Below, piece after piece: positions 1 to 9,753 of a DNA stretch of 64,000 nucleotides. Made by a program: the position numbers and the translations under genes. This DNA is from an uncultured euryarchaeote (GTDB lineage Archaea > Thermoplasmatota > Poseidoniia > Poseidoniales > Poseidoniaceae). Location: assembly GCA_937899865.1 (NCBI GenBank), contig CALBRH010000051.1, forward strand, positions 120,214 to 184,213. Direction: 5' to 3'. Numbering within the stretch: position 1 is the stretch's first letter; each line of letters begins with the position of its first letter. The notes below the pieces were generated by a model, which was not told where the DNA came from, searched no databases, and worked only from the letters and a program-made list of their open reading frames with translations.

Positions 1-425
1 AAGGTGTACCTCTTAGATTAGATATTGGCCCAAGAGATATGGCACAGGGGACTGCCTATGCGGCATTGAGAACTGGTGGAAAAGAGCCTTTAGCAATTGA
101 AAATATTGTTGAACTTTGTCGAGAAAAATTAGAACAAATTGCTGATGAACTAAGAAGACGTTCATCTGCACATATGACAGATGTCATGGTAAGATTACCT
201 AAGTTTACCAATGAAGATGGCAGTTGGAAGATGACCGGTGAAATTGTGGATGGCAAAATCTACGAAATGCCATTTGATGGAACAGATGCTCATGCTGAAA
301 TCATAGAAAAGCAAACCGGTTTAACCTTTTTAGGCGACTCTACTAATGAATATGATGATGAAATACCATGTCATATGAGCGGCAAAATGACTAAGCGGAG
401 AGTAATATTGGCCAAAACATACTGA
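1..425 (+). CDS. proS: Prolyl-tRNA synthetase, 3' fragment (5' end truncated by the window edge)
   Basis: Reading the frame from base 3 gives GVPLRLDIGPRD, the class-II aaRS anticodon-binding-domain signature. This is followed by a Cys-containing C-terminal segment ending in a terminal Tyr, as in archaeal/eukaryal-type ProRS. The ORF is open to the window edge. Confidence 0.5.
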   Translation, partial: GVPLRLDIGPRDMAQGTAYAALRTGGKEPLAIENIVELCREKLEQIADELRRRSSAHMTDVMVRLPKFTNEDGSWKMTGEIVDGKIYEMPFDGTDAHAEIIEKQTGLTFLGDSTNEYDDEIPCHMSGKMTKRRVILAKTY

Positions 426-443
426 GCAACCTTGGTGAGTTAA

Positions 444-1499
444 ATGACTGAACAACTAAATCTTACTGATGTAATGACTGAGGTTCAAAATTTTATTACA
501 TCTGACGGACAAATTATTCCTGCACAACGTGATTTCTACAGAGTTCTAAGAGAAAAAATGACCAATCATACTGGATTATTTACTGAATCAGAAGTAGAAT
601 TGATTCTTGTTGATTCACGCTCTGAAGTATTGGAGTTATCTGATGAAGATTATACAGCAATATTTGATCTAATTATGGATAGATTTGGATTAAGTAAAAG
701 ATTAGAAGAGGAAGCTCGCCTTAGAGAAGAATTAGTCATGAAAGAAAGACTAAGAAAAGAAGCAGAACTGAAAGCAAGAGCTGAAGCAATTGCTAAAGAA
801 AAGGCTGAAGCAGAGGCCAGGGCTAAGGCTGAAGCAGAACTGAGAGCACAAATTGAAGAGCAAGAAAGATTGGTAGAAGAGGCTAGAAAAAGGGCAGAGG
901 AAGAGGAACAAGCCCGAAGACAAGCCGAAGAAGACGCTAGAATTGCTGAAGAAGAAAGATTGAGAGCCGAAGAAATCGCTAAGATAGAGGAAGAGGCAAG
1001 ACTGAAAGCAGAAGAAAATGCTAGAATTAAAGCTGAAGAGGAAGCAAGACTGAAAGCAGAAGAAGTGGCTAGAATTAAGGCTGAAGAAGAGAGAATTCGG
1101 TTAGAGGAAGAGGCTAGGATTAAGGCTGAGGCAGAGGAGATTCGACTAAAGGAAGAGGCTGAATTAAAGAGTATTAATGAAGCTCACCAAAAAATGGTAG
1201 AAGATGCAATTAGAATTTCTGAAGAAGAACGCTTAAAGGAAGAATCAAGGATTAATGCTGAAATTGAAGCGGCAAAGAGATTTGCTGAAATTGAAAAGGC
1301 TGCAAAAGAGAAAGAGGCTGAGAGATTGGCAGCTGAAGAGGCTAGAATTGCTGCAGAAGAAGCAGCGAAAAAATTGGCAGAAGAAAATGCCAAATTAGCA
1401 GAAGAAGCTAGAATAGCCGAAGAAGAAGCAGCGAAAAAACTAGCAGAAGAAGCGGAAAATACCAAGATTATTCCAGATTTACCACCTGATAACAACTGA
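444..1499 (+). CDS. Hypothetical protein with an ~85-aa globular N-domain and a ~260-aa E/A/R/K-rich repetitive coiled-coil region
   Basis: It is a long ORF with in-frame tandem nucleotide repeats (EEARLKAEE[N/V]ARIKA units and AEEARIAEEEAAKKLAEE units). It ends one nucleotide before the convergent srp54 stop codon. Confidence 0.55.
   Translation: MTEQLNLTDVMTEVQNFITSDGQIIPAQRDFYRVLREKMTNHTGLFTESEVELILVDSRSEVLELSDEDYTAIFDLIMDRFGLSKRLEEEARLREELVMKERLRKEAELKARAEAIAKEKAEAEARAKAEAELRAQIEEQERLVEEARKRAEEEEQARRQAEEDARIAEEERLRAEEIAKIEEEARLKAEENARIKAEEEARLKAEEVARIKAEEERIRLEEEARIKAEAEEIRLKEEAELKSINEAHQKMVEDAIRISEEERLKEESRINAEIEAAKRFAEIEKAAKEKEAERLAAEEARIAAEEAAKKLAEENAKLAEEARIAEEEAAKKLAEEAENTKIIPDLPPDNN
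988..1084 (+). repeat. In-frame tandem ~48-nt repeat (two copies) inside the EAK-repeat gene
   Basis: Near-identical units gaagaggcaagactgaaagcagaagaa..gctagaattaa(a/g)gct are seen twice in succession. Confidence 0.6.
1330..1460 (+). repeat. In-frame tandem ~63-nt repeat (two copies) near the 3' end of the EAK-repeat gene
   Basis: The motif gaagaagcagcgaaaaaa(t/c)t(g/a)gcagaagaa occurs twice, encoding AEEAAKKLAEE. Confidence 0.55.
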
Positions 1500-1500
1500 T

Positions 1501-2871
1501 TTACATTCCAAATGAAGAAGGGTCAATATCCATTTCTCCTTCCTTCATCATTTTACGCATTTGCTTGTTTAACTTCCTATTTCCACCCATTCCCTTCATC
1601 ATTTTACGTGAGCGGTTCCATTGACCAATTAGTTCTCTAACATCTTTTTCTCTAACTCCAGAACCTCTGGCAATTCGTTTTATCCTGTCAGCCTTAATTT
1701 TAGCAGGCTCATTTTTTTCCCATGCAGTCATACTATCCATTATAGTTCGATAACGATCTAAATTAGACTGCATATCCTGCTTTTGAGATTTTGACATACC
1801 CCCCAATCCACCAAGCATATTTCCAGGTAAGAAAGACATTAATTTATCAATAGTACCAACTTTTGACATCATTTCCATCTGCTTATACATGTCGTTTAGC
1901 GTGAATCTACCACTCATCATTCGTTGGGTAAGGCGCATTGCTTCTTCTTCATCAAGATCTTCTGGAGCAAGATCGATTAATCCTTGAATATCACCCATTC
2001 CAAGAAGTCGAGAAATGAATCTATCCGATTCAAACTTTTCCAAATCTGATACTTTCTCACCCACACCAATGTGTACAATTGGAGCACCTGTTGCTGCCAC
2101 TGCAGACAATGCACCACCACCTCTTGCCGTACCGTCTAATTTAGTTACAACAATTCCTGTAACTCCTGCCAGTTGGTGGAATGATGCTGCAACCGGACCC
2201 GCTGCTTGGCCGACTTGAGCATCAATTACGAGCCAACGTTCTGTTGCTCTGGTTAGAGATGCGATATTTTCCAACTCTTCAACCAATTCCTCATCTAGTT
2301 GATGACGACCTGCAGTATCTACAATGACTAAGTCTGCAGCAGAACATTCTGCAAGACCATTTCTTACGATTTGGGTTGCATCCTTGTTATCAGGTTCACC
2401 ATAAACTTGTACTGATGTATCTTCCAATAATTGTGATAGTTGTGCATATGCGCCAGGACGATGCACGTCAGCTTCAATTACTGCAACTCTCAAACCATGC
2501 TTTTTACGATACCATTCAGCAAGTTTTGCTGTAGTTGTTGTTTTTCCTTGACCGTATAGACCAACCAAAAGAAGTGTTGCACCTCTTGGTTGAAATTGAT
2601 GAGCTGGTCCGAGAATTCTAACAAGTTCAGTATAAAGAATATTCATAGCATGGGTTTGAAGAGTTAGGCCAGGTCTCAATTCTTCTTCACGCAATCGTGT
2701 TTCCATTCTTTCAACGATTTCTTTAGTCTGTCTTACATTGAAATCAGCTTCTTGTAAAGCACGACGTAAACTTCTTGTCATATCTCGTAACTCTTCCTCA
2801 TCGAGTTTACGACGATTCTTAAGAAAGCCGAGGGAACGAAAGATTCCGCGTGACAGACCTTCCAGTGCCAT
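1501..2871 (-). CDS. srp54: Signal recognition particle protein SRP54
   Basis: It has an N domain plus a GTPase G domain (GLYGQGKTTTTAKLA P-loop, DTAGR, TKLDG motifs). The C-terminal M domain is Met-rich (MMKGMGG..MRKMMKEGEM). Confidence 0.9.
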   Translation of the reverse strand: MALEGLSRGIFRSLGFLKNRRKLDEEELRDMTRSLRRALQEADFNVRQTKEIVERMETRLREEELRPGLTLQTHAMNILYTELVRILGPAHQFQPRGATLLLVGLYGQGKTTTTAKLAEWYRKKHGLRVAVIEADVHRPGAYAQLSQLLEDTSVQVYGEPDNKDATQIVRNGLAECSAADLVIVDTAGRHQLDEELVEELENIASLTRATERWLVIDAQVGQAAGPVAASFHQLAGVTGIVVTKLDGTARGGGALSAVAATGAPIVHIGVGEKVSDLEKFESDRFISRLLGMGDIQGLIDLAPEDLDEEEAMRLTQRMMSGRFTLNDMYKQMEMMSKVGTIDKLMSFLPGNMLGGLGGMSKSQKQDMQSNLDRYRTIMDSMTAWEKNEPAKIKADRIKRIARGSGVREKDVRELIGQWNRSRKMMKGMGGNRKLNKQMRKMMKEGEMDIDPSSFGM

Positions 2872-2901
2872 AACATCCCGTCACTGTTTCCCTCTTTGAA
2901 T

Positions 2902-4161
2902 TCATCCCTTAGTGAGTGGTATATTCAATCTTAAAACATCGCCCTCTAATTTGGCATCTACTTGGCTGGCTTTAACAGGAATACTGGTTTCAATCTCCCT
3001 TTCACGTCCGTTAAGTCCAACATATAGAATTCCTTCATCGCTCCTAAGAGATAACTCATCACGTTTTATTCCGGGAAAATGTAGGTAAATTGATTCAAAC
3101 TTATCAGTAAATTCACGGTACAAACCACGGTGTATACTATGTTTAACCAAAGTTCCAATTTCATGTGGGCCAAGAGTTTCATCGACTTCTTTGACTTCAC
3201 CATACAAATTTTTGGCAACCAATCTTAAATTATCGATGCCGACCACTTCATGCTCCAATAATTCCATCGAACAAACTTCAACTTGGGTCAGTAGTTCTTT
3301 TAATTCTGTGATACGATTTAATTCGGCATTTCGACGTTTCTTAAGAAATGGATGATCAAATTCAGGTGTGACACGATTTACTATACATGAAGATATAGGA
3401 AGTTTATATTCAATCAATGAATCATAGGCTCTAATGGTTTCATTAACACCCATTTTTTCAGGGATGGTCACTAATGTAAATGATGTCAATTCAGGGTCAC
3501 TAAGAACTCTTCTTACATGAAGAACACGATTTCGAAAACGTTCTAATTCCTGCTTCATTTCTTCACTTTCTTTACGACCAAATAGCATTGACCTTATGCC
3601 TCCAGAAACTCTCATCAAACGTATTAATCGACCTGACCATGCTTCTATTATCTCAGGTAATGATAGAAATCTAAGCGTATGTCCTGTAGGTGCTGTATCA
3701 AAGACAATTACATCCCAATTTGGATCTTCAACATGCTTTAGAAGTTCATCAAATGCTAATGCTTCATCAAGGCCTGGAAAAATCATTTCAGAAGTTTTGA
3801 CATCTGATTTTATGTCATCTAATTCTTGCTTAGCTGAAGGATCAAGCATCATTCCAAGACCGCCAATACCTCCAAGCCCACTTCCTGAATTCATACCATC
3901 TACCATATTTCCCAATTTTGGCAATAAATTAGACAATTTTGATTCAGGGTCCATTTCAAGTCCATATAATCCATCGACGCCTGGAATTGGTGTGGGCTCA
4001 ACACCAATATCTACTCCCAATGAATCAGAAGTAGAATGAGCAGGGTCGCTTGATACGAGTAAGACCTTCAATCCGCAATCTGCTAAATGAATTGCTGTTG
4101 CAGCAGAAGTAGTGGTTTTGCCAACACCACCTTTGCCACCGAACAAAAGTAGTCTTGCCAT
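2902..4161 (-). CDS. ArsA/Get3-family ATPase (tail-anchored protein insertion factor / anion-transporting ATPase homolog)
   Basis: It carries a GGKGGVGKTT P-loop and the DPAHS signature typical of ArsA/Get3. It lies 30 nt upstream of srp54 on the same strand. Confidence 0.75.
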   Translation of the reverse strand: MARLLLFGGKGGVGKTTTSAATAIHLADCGLKVLLVSSDPAHSTSDSLGVDIGVEPTPIPGVDGLYGLEMDPESKLSNLLPKLGNMVDGMNSGSGLGGIGGLGMMLDPSAKQELDDIKSDVKTSEMIFPGLDEALAFDELLKHVEDPNWDVIVFDTAPTGHTLRFLSLPEIIEAWSGRLIRLMRVSGGIRSMLFGRKESEEMKQELERFRNRVLHVRRVLSDPELTSFTLVTIPEKMGVNETIRAYDSLIEYKLPISSCIVNRVTPEFDHPFLKKRRNAELNRITELKELLTQVEVCSMELLEHEVVGIDNLRLVAKNLYGEVKEVDETLGPHEIGTLVKHSIHRGLYREFTDKFESIYLHFPGIKRDELSLRSDEGILYVGLNGREREIETSIPVKASQVDAKLEGDVLRLNIPLTKG

Positions 4162-4253
4162 ATTATCGGCTCATAGTTCAAAGTCTTTGAATTCAACGGA
4201 TTTAGGATAAATCTTACATCGGTTTGATGAACTAATACATTTGCGCAGGTATA

Positions 4254-5033
4254 ATGGCTTCAGATTTGTTGTTGTTCCAAATCTCAAGTGTTTCTGCCTT
4301 AATTGGTATGACTCTTGGTTGGCGTGGAGTAATGACAAGATATTCGGGATTTTATGATTTACCGACTGCATGGAGCAATATTTTCTGGGGTATTTTGCTT
4401 GGTGGGATATATGCTTCACAGATTTATTCTCAAATCATCATACCAAACATCGAGTTTGAAGCGACTAATGAAACTGTAGTCAATCCTTTGAATTTGATTT
4501 TGTTATGCCTTATAGCATCAATTGTTGCCCATTTTATTCTTAGAAGAAATAGAGTGCGTTCAGGTAGCTCACAAACTACCAGTGGTTGGGCTTTGGGGTT
4601 GGCCATTGGAGGCATGTTTGGCATGGTTGTAGTCTATGCTGTCTTGCGTTTGTCAGAGTTTAATTTCCAACTAATTCTAACTGTTGCATTACTTAGCATA
4701 ATGGCACCTAGATGTGAAGCGATTATTTCATCTTATCAAGGACAAATGATGTTAATGGGCAGGAAGTGGGGTGCAATTCTTAGAGCAACAATGTGGAGAT
4801 GTGGTTACGTAGTTATGTTTGCATACGTATTGTCTGCTCCGATTGGTTGGATTTTCATAATCCCAGTTATGCTAATTGCCAATAGGGCATCTGAAGATTG
4901 GATCTGGAATTCAATACCTAAAGAAGGTAAAAAACAACTTCGTAAAATTTGGGCACGTCAAGCAAGAGAGAGGAAATTAGCCAAGATTTCGAGTAGTTTA
5001 CCAAGCACATCTTCGGTAAATGAAAGTGAGTAG
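4254..5033 (+). CDS. Hypothetical polytopic membrane protein
   Basis: It has multiple hydrophobic helices and a basic C-terminal tail. No motif was recognised. Confidence 0.45.
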   Translation: MASDLLLFQISSVSALIGMTLGWRGVMTRYSGFYDLPTAWSNIFWGILLGGIYASQIYSQIIIPNIEFEATNETVVNPLNLILLCLIASIVAHFILRRNRVRSGSSQTTSGWALGLAIGGMFGMVVVYAVLRLSEFNFQLILTVALLSIMAPRCEAIISSYQGQMMLMGRKWGAILRATMWRCGYVVMFAYVLSAPIGWIFIIPVMLIANRASEDWIWNSIPKEGKKQLRKIWARQARERKLAKISSSLPSTSSVNESE

Positions 5034-5128
5034 TTACTTACTTAACTCATTGATTTTGATTTAGACGGAATTTTAGATTACTTACAAAATAAACACTTTG
5101 TAGGATATCCGCAGGCAACCGTTATACA

Positions 5129-6709
5129 ATGTCGTCAAAGCCGAGTAACATGGGTAACTGCCCCTATTGTAGGAGTGTCACTCTTCCGGGCGACACAATT
5201 TGTTACACATGTGGTAGAGTATTGGCAAATATTAAGTCAAAACAATTTGCTGCAGAACAGCAATTCAATCAAGGTTCAATTGAAACTACTTACTTGAAAA
5301 CTAAAAAACCAACAAGGCCAGGAGTAGTTCAAACTCATACTGGCAGAAGAAAAAACATACTCAAGCGAAGAAAAAACCGATTTAGGAGTGTGGTTATGTT
5401 GGGCTTAGTTGCTTTCATTATGCTATCGCCTCAGGCTAGAGAAGTAGTATTCAATAAATGGGCTGGAATTAGTGAGTATATACAATTAGCAGCTGCACCA
5501 TATCACTTGTATCCGATAGAATCTACTTACACTGTAGGAAAAACTATCGATGTAGTCAATAATGGTGGTGAGAGCTACTTAAGTGAAGATCTTGCAATAC
5601 CAAGAGATATATCTACTCTTGAAGGTGAGTCAACAATGTTTGAGTATACTGATGATCGTGATCCATTACTGACTCAGTCAATCCAGACTATAAATCAAAT
5701 TGAATTGATCTTGAATGGAGTTTCATACGGAATACCACTTCTTGGTGAACCTGCAAGAATGCCTGATGATAAATTGATAACACCTGATGGGCATGAAATT
5801 TGGTGGCCTGGAGTCGGTATAGGTGATGATATGTGTAATGTGGACATATGTGTAAAAGTCTACCTAAATTTGGACCCTGGGGAAACTGCATCTTTCACAT
5901 ATGCGGTTTCTCTTACTAGCACATCTTATTCATGGTGGTCATCATCAAGAGTTGATTCTCGTGTCGACGGCAGTTCAAATGGAATAAATGTAGATCGTAG
6001 TGGTGACTTTTCAGATATCGTTGACCGTGGTGGTGGTATAAAAGCTGCTCAATTCACATCATCGACATGGTATAACAAAAATCGATTTGATTATGCAATC
6101 AATGGTCAAGATGCAATTGTCACCTCTACTGCACAAACGATTTCTGCATCCCTACCAGAGGGTCGTTCAACTAACGCATATGCTTTTGCAAGGGCGACAT
6201 TTGACTATCTGCATGCTAATATCCTATATGACAAAAATGCGCCTGTAGTAGCACGGAGTGGACCTTCTTGTTTGGCAGCAGGAGTAGGAGATTGTGATGA
6301 ACAGACAAATGCCTTTTTCTCAATTCTAAGAACTAAAATGATTCCAGGTTGGTACGTTTTTGGTGCACTAACTGATTCGACATTTAACTACTGGGAAGCC
6401 CATGCTTGGGGCTACATATTACTACCAATGAATGACGAATGGTGTGCTGAAAGAAACATTGTATTGGATGACTGTTTTGTTGAAGGTTCAGTGGATGTCG
6501 TAAATAATAAATGGTTACTTCACACGCCTACAGCATTCATCGATTGGATTGAAGAAGCAGATGCAACTGGAAATCTGATAAATAATTACTACAGACCAGG
6601 CAGTCATGGCAATGATGTTGACAGAACACGATCATTTTCAACGTTGGATGTTCCTGAAACAACAGGTGGGACATATCAAATCAAGAAACTTGCAGAAAAT
6701 TTGAGGTGA
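5129..6709 (+). CDS. Zn-ribbon / single-TM / transglutaminase-like (Cys-His-Asp) domain protein
   Basis: The N-terminal ribbon is CPYCR..CYTCGR, followed by a basic stretch and a TM helix. The core GVGDCDEQTNAFFSILRTKMIPGWYVFG....EAHAWGYILLP resembles the transglutaminase-like cysteine protease fold. Confidence 0.45.
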   Translation: MSSKPSNMGNCPYCRSVTLPGDTICYTCGRVLANIKSKQFAAEQQFNQGSIETTYLKTKKPTRPGVVQTHTGRRKNILKRRKNRFRSVVMLGLVAFIMLSPQAREVVFNKWAGISEYIQLAAAPYHLYPIESTYTVGKTIDVVNNGGESYLSEDLAIPRDISTLEGESTMFEYTDDRDPLLTQSIQTINQIELILNGVSYGIPLLGEPARMPDDKLITPDGHEIWWPGVGIGDDMCNVDICVKVYLNLDPGETASFTYAVSLTSTSYSWWSSSRVDSRVDGSSNGINVDRSGDFSDIVDRGGGIKAAQFTSSTWYNKNRFDYAINGQDAIVTSTAQTISASLPEGRSTNAYAFARATFDYLHANILYDKNAPVVARSGPSCLAAGVGDCDEQTNAFFSILRTKMIPGWYVFGALTDSTFNYWEAHAWGYILLPMNDEWCAERNIVLDDCFVEGSVDVVNNKWLLHTPTAFIDWIEEADATGNLINNYYRPGSHGNDVDRTRSFSTLDVPETTGGTYQIKKLAENLR

Positions 6710-6713
6710 TAAC

Positions 6714-8132
6714 TTGAGAATAATTATTGGTGGTGCCGGCAGAGTTGGTACGGAACTAGCTAGAGCCCTAAGGGCGGAAGAAATGGACGTAGTCTTAGTT
6801 GATTCAGATTCAAGAGCAGTAAAAAATGCTCAAAACTTGGATGTTTTGGTAATCCATGGAGATTTGACTACAAGAGAAAAATTGAATGAAGCAGGAATTG
6901 GTGAAGCAGAGATATTTGTTGCAGCGACAAACTCTGATGAAAGAAATCTGCTTGCATGCGCCCTTGCAGAACATGCTCATTACCAATATGCAGGGTCAAA
7001 GGCCAAACCATTACTTTCTATTTCCCGAATAAGGAATATGAATTATTTAGAAGAGCAAAAACAGGGATATCTAACTAATTGGGCAAAGGTAAATCATGTA
7101 GTTAATCCATTAGATAGTGCAATCAAAAGATTACATACAGGTCTTAGATCATCCTCGATTGAGGAAGTTATTCCTTTTGGCCATGATTCATACATTATCG
7201 AATTCAATGTAACAAAAAGTGCTGAAGGCATTGTGTTTAATACATTAAAGGAAGCAAATGCTTCGATAGATGGAGAGTTACCACTTATTATTGGAGTAAA
7301 GAGAGTTGGAGAAAAAAGCGTTGTACCAGATGGAGATTTTGTTTTAATGCCAAATGACACTATTGCTGTAGCAACAAATGGCCTGTCAAGTTTTAACCGA
7401 ATTTTGAATATTTTTGGTCATGAAGCTACAGATTTCCCAATATCCCCTAAAGTTGCTATCATAGGTGCAAATAGAATTGGTCAAATGATTGCTGAAAATT
7501 GGTTGATGAATGGTGCAAAGGTTACTGTCATAGAAAGAGATTTACAACTGGCAAATGAATTCTCTGCAACCCATATTGGATCAAATCCCAACCTTGAGGT
7601 GATTCATGGAGACCATCTTGACCGAGACATCTTAACTGAAGTTGGAATACCAGAACATCATATTGCAATTGCAGCATTAGAATCTGACCATGATAGTATT
7701 GCTGCTGCTTTACTTGCAAGTGACATGGGAGTCAATCGTACAGGATTATTGCTTAATGATGCTGATTTGGTAAAAGTAACCCAAAGAATGGGTATAACAT
7801 TTGCAGTTGATAGAAAACGTGTTGCTGTTGATAATATCTTAGCTCATATACATACTAAAGCAGCAGGTGCATATGCAGTATTGTCAAATGTTCCTAATAT
7901 TGTTGGGATAAGTATGAGGGTTGATTCAGCGCATAAATTTTCCAACATGAGAATCTCGGATGCAGGATTTAGTGAGTGGATGAGAATAGCATTCATTCAA
8001 AGAAGAACTGTTGATGGTATTTGGGAGAATCTTAGACCTGCTCCTGAAAAATTACTGTTACCTGAAGATAACTTGATCATTTTTACCAGCCCAGATAAAG
8101 TTGCTGAACTTGAACGGAAATTCAAGGTGTAA
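6714..8132 (+). CDS. trkA: Trk potassium uptake system NAD-binding subunit TrkA (TTG start)
   Basis: A GGAGRVG Rossmann motif sits at the N-terminus and a second RCK/NAD domain (IIGANRIGQ) follows. It is immediately upstream of trkH. Confidence 0.8.
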   Translation: MRIIIGGAGRVGTELARALRAEEMDVVLVDSDSRAVKNAQNLDVLVIHGDLTTREKLNEAGIGEAEIFVAATNSDERNLLACALAEHAHYQYAGSKAKPLLSISRIRNMNYLEEQKQGYLTNWAKVNHVVNPLDSAIKRLHTGLRSSSIEEVIPFGHDSYIIEFNVTKSAEGIVFNTLKEANASIDGELPLIIGVKRVGEKSVVPDGDFVLMPNDTIAVATNGLSSFNRILNIFGHEATDFPISPKVAIIGANRIGQMIAENWLMNGAKVTVIERDLQLANEFSATHIGSNPNLEVIHGDHLDRDILTEVGIPEHHIAIAALESDHDSIAAALLASDMGVNRTGLLLNDADLVKVTQRMGITFAVDRKRVAVDNILAHIHTKAAGAYAVLSNVPNIVGISMRVDSAHKFSNMRISDAGFSEWMRIAFIQRRTVDGIWENLRPAPEKLLLPEDNLIIFTSPDKVAELERKFKV

Positions 8133-8134
8133 AC

Positions 8135-9751
8135 ATGCGTTTTGATGTACTTAGCCTGATTCTTGGATGGACCTTAATTGCGATTAGCATCCCATTGTTT
8201 ATCTGCAGTTTAATCACCATATGGTTAGATGATTTTGAAATGGCCATGAAGGCTTTTCTGATTCCAATTATTCTGTCACCAACAATAGGTAGTTTGATGC
8301 TTAAATTTGGTACTCGCAGTGACACTCCTGAAAGGCTTAGAGACCGTGAAGCGTTTGCTGCAGTCGCATTAATTTATCCAATTGTAGTATTCATTGGATT
8401 ATTTCCATATTGGCTTGGTGGAGTTTTTGTTGGACCTTTTACTGCAGATGCAAATTTAATCGATATTGCTCGTGGAGCAGTAAATTCTTGGTTTGAATCG
8501 ATGTCTGGATTTACTACCACTGGTGCTACTGTAATTTCACATAACATGAGTCCTAATTGTATACCTGGAGTCACAGTTGATTGTATTAATGCTCAACCGA
8601 GGGGAATCTTGCTGTGGCGTTCCATTACTCAATGGTTAGGTGGTATGGGTATCATTATGTTAGGTATGATGTTGTTATCAAGAGTTATGGGGGGTGGAAT
8701 GGCTCTGGCTAGGGCAGAGTTAACTGGTCCATCATTGTCAAGGCTAAGACCCAAATTGAAGGAAACAGCATTTGCATTATGGATTATCTACATTGGTTTG
8801 ACGGTTTTTGAAATGTTTCTATTACACTTTATTGGCCAAATGTCACTTTTTGACGCTGTAAATCACGGATTTACCACCATGGCAACTGGTGGTTTTTCAA
8901 CAAGAGATGCAAGTATTGGATATTATGATTCTTTGACAATTGAGGCAATAATCATTGTTTTCATGTTTGTTGGCGGCATTAATTTTACCTTAATCTGGTT
9001 CTTGATCGCTAGAGAATTTATGAAAGCATTTTCTGATGAAGAGTTCAAGACTTATCTTGTGTATATCTTCACTGCAGTTTTATTCATGATGGTAGCATTA
9101 ATTTCAACCAATATATCTCCAACTGATTCATTGAGACAGAGTTTGTTCCAAGCAATTTCAATTGGAACATCTACTGGTTACACAACACAAGATTATACAA
9201 CTTGGCCTGTTATAACTCAATTTGTACTGATGATTTTGATGATTGTTGGAGCTTGTGCTGGTTCCACTAGTGGTGGATTAAAATTAATGAGGATTATTCT
9301 TGCTTTCAAAGTAGCAATGAGAGAATTGGTTAGAATTGCCCAACCAAGAAAAATCAAGCAGATTAGAATGAATGGCGAAGTTGTAGAACCTCAACAAATT
9401 GACAAGATTGTCGGAATGTTATTTGTTTGGATTGGTCTTTTTGGAATTTCAAGTATATTGTTGGCAATTTTGATGTTAGATGAATCATTTGAAAGCATTA
9501 TAGGAATTACTGCATCATCTCTAGGTAATACTGGACCTGCTCTAGGTTCTTATGGTCCAAGTAGTACTTGGTCACCATTAAATTCTGGAGTTTTGATATT
9601 TACATCGATATTGATGTGGTTTGGTAGATTAGAATTATTGACAGTGGTTATCTTGCTCCATCCAAGGACTTGGCAGGATGAAAATAAAGAACATAGTGAT
9701 CGAAGGGCACTTGCACTGTTTAAGAGAATGATTCCTGGGCGGAAATTATAG
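8135..9751 (+). CDS. trkH: Trk potassium uptake membrane subunit TrkH
   Basis: It is a ~540-aa polytopic membrane protein with repeated selectivity-filter-like G-rich segments (TGAT, TGGFS, TGYT, GNTG). The start is 3 nt after the trkA stop. Confidence 0.8.
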   Translation: MRFDVLSLILGWTLIAISIPLFICSLITIWLDDFEMAMKAFLIPIILSPTIGSLMLKFGTRSDTPERLRDREAFAAVALIYPIVVFIGLFPYWLGGVFVGPFTADANLIDIARGAVNSWFESMSGFTTTGATVISHNMSPNCIPGVTVDCINAQPRGILLWRSITQWLGGMGIIMLGMMLLSRVMGGGMALARAELTGPSLSRLRPKLKETAFALWIIYIGLTVFEMFLLHFIGQMSLFDAVNHGFTTMATGGFSTRDASIGYYDSLTIEAIIIVFMFVGGINFTLIWFLIAREFMKAFSDEEFKTYLVYIFTAVLFMMVALISTNISPTDSLRQSLFQAISIGTSTGYTTQDYTTWPVITQFVLMILMIVGACAGSTSGGLKLMRIILAFKVAMRELVRIAQPRKIKQIRMNGEVVEPQQIDKIVGMLFVWIGLFGISSILLAILMLDESFESIIGITASSLGNTGPALGSYGPSSTWSPLNSGVLIFTSILMWFGRLELLTVVILLHPRTWQDENKEHSDRRALALFKRMIPGRKL

Positions 9752-9753
9752 TT

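Noticed and set aside
56-256. Many short antisense or overlapping ORFs in the six-frame track, for example 56-256(-), 1184-1495(-), 2015-2218(+), 3596-4039(+), 10412-11200(+), 32476-32850(-), 39693-40070(-), 57220-59187(+)
   Set aside because: Each lies entirely inside a longer ORF on the opposite strand or in another frame, and that longer ORF has strong recognisable protein-family motifs. The short ORFs are compositionally odd (S/L/C-rich) and were treated as spurious.
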